Positions 63,034-64,000 of a stretch of 64,000 bases of DNA are shown piece by piece. This DNA comes from Gammaproteobacteria bacterium (GTDB lineage: Bacteria > Pseudomonadota > Gammaproteobacteria > JBCCGL01), in NCBI GenBank assembly GCA_965277715.1, contig OZ255836.1:1952001-2016000 (forward strand). Reading direction: 5' to 3'. Each line of letters begins with the position of its first letter. The first letter of the stretch is position 1. Position numbers and translations under genes: made by a program. The notes under the pieces are model-generated. The model did no database searches. It had not been told where the DNA came from and was given only the letters and a program-made list of their open reading frames with translations.

Positions 63034-63919
63034 CGCCCCAAAAATCGTAAAAATTAAACCAATTATAAGGCGCCGATTTTAAATGGTATTCAAGTCGGTT
63101 TATATAAACATTAGCCCACTCAATAGCCCGTTGATGGCGCTGTGCACGGCTACCCCTGGCCATTGGTGGCATCGTTTCAAGCACAATCCGGTAGTGATTC
63201 CCACCCATAAACAATGCCAAACACAAGATTACCGGGGTGTCGAGCACTTCGGCAAAAATAGCTGGCCCCAACGGGATTGTCACATCACCGTTGAGCATAG
63301 TGCAGCGTACACTTTTATCGTTTTCAGCCGTCCTATCACCCAGTATGCCGACCATGCCACCCTGCCCAATCACGTCTTTAACGCGAATCAATGCATCAAA
63401 TGCGCCCAACGGTATTATCGACTCAGCAATCTCGGGGTTTAACTCTGCGATCAAACGCGTAATCAGGGCATTTTGATCGGGGTACATCAGTACGTGAAGA
63501 GGCAACTGCTGGCGCCCTATACCCAGCGAACGAAGCGCCTCAAAACTACCGATATGCGCACCCAACATCAAACACCCACACTGTTGCTCGCGCAGGCCTG
63601 ACAGTAGTTCTTCACCGACAAACTCGATAGTAAACAGATCCGTTCTATCGGTAACGAAATATATTCGGTCTATTATTGTGGAAGCGAAACAATGGATATG
63701 GCGGGCGACATCCCACCAACCCGGTTCACGGTTTAATATTCGGCGCAAGTAATTTTTTGAAGACCGGCAGTGGGTTTTAGCGGTGAGTAAATAATACCCA
63801 GTAATCGGCAGCAAAAATAACCGTGCGACACGCCGCCCCAAATAATTGGCAATGGTTCTAATTAACCACAAGCTAAAAAGATTGCCGCGCTCAGCATGTG
63901 TTTGCCAATGGCTACTCAA
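63020..63919 (-). CDS. Lipid A lauroyl-type (LpxL-like) acyltransferase
   Basis: W....ERG, AHIGSFE, GDR, PYNWFNFYDFW. Start placed at TTG 63919. Confidence 0.88.
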   Translation of the reverse strand: MSSHWQTHAERGNLFSLWLIRTIANYLGRRVARLFLLPITGYYLLTAKTHCRSSKNYLRRILNREPGWWDVARHIHCFASTIIDRIYFVTDRTDLFTIEFVGEELLSGLREQQCGCLMLGAHIGSFEALRSLGIGRQQLPLHVLMYPDQNALITRLIAELNPEIAESIIPLGAFDALIRVKDVIGQGGMVGILGDRTAENDKSVRCTMLNGDVTIPLGPAIFAEVLDTPVILCLALFMGGNHYRIVLETMPPMARGSRAQRHQRAIEWANVYINRLEYHLKSAPYNWFNFYDFWGDEKT

Positions 63920-64000
63920 CACACGTACTCCCGACCAATAGCGTACCTTCCGCAATCAATTGGTCGTTTGCAACACAGGAAAAGCACAGCCTTTTGGGTG
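63912..64000 (-). CDS. 3' end of an upstream cluster gene, possibly a hotdog-fold domain (partial)
   Basis: Frame ...PKRLCFSCVANDQLIAEGTLLVGSTCVE* overlaps the acyltransferase start. Only 29 codons are visible. Confidence 0.4.
   Translation of the reverse strand, partial: PKRLCFSCVANDQLIAEGTLLVGSTCVE

Overview
A 64-kb window of mostly core chromosome from a Gammaproteobacterium (taxon inferred from gene content and order; probably marine). It holds a partial CaiB/BaiF CoA-transferase, a tRNA-Arg with an unusual UCG anticodon, a hipBA module bracketed by miniature IS-like elements (one nested in another), recQ, an enolase-superfamily enzyme, and a liu (leucine/isovalerate) operon with a perfect LiuR-type palindrome. 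Next come an orphan BrnA-type antitoxin remnant, a dnaJ without adjacent dnaK or dapB, and a 2,600-aa modular M4 metalloprotease with Ca-binding repeats and plant-type LRRs. These are followed by aceEF-lpdA, maeB, clpSA, infA, an acyl-CoA ligase, a secreted tailspike-like (S74 chaperone) protein outside any prophage, yciB-yciI-PPIase and a deleted ATPase pseudogene. The window ends with a SAM-II riboswitch-metZ-glycerate kinase unit, a Csd6-like L,D-transpeptidase pair, yajC-secDF, a frameshifted lipoprotein and the distal part of an aryl-polyene/xanthomonadin-type gene cluster. No CRISPR array, rRNA, transposase or integrase was seen. Product calls rest on motif recognition by eye; no searches were run. 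No single system is demonstrably new. The best candidates are the MITE-bounded hipBA cassette, the giant LRR-bearing protease and the secreted tailspike-like protein.
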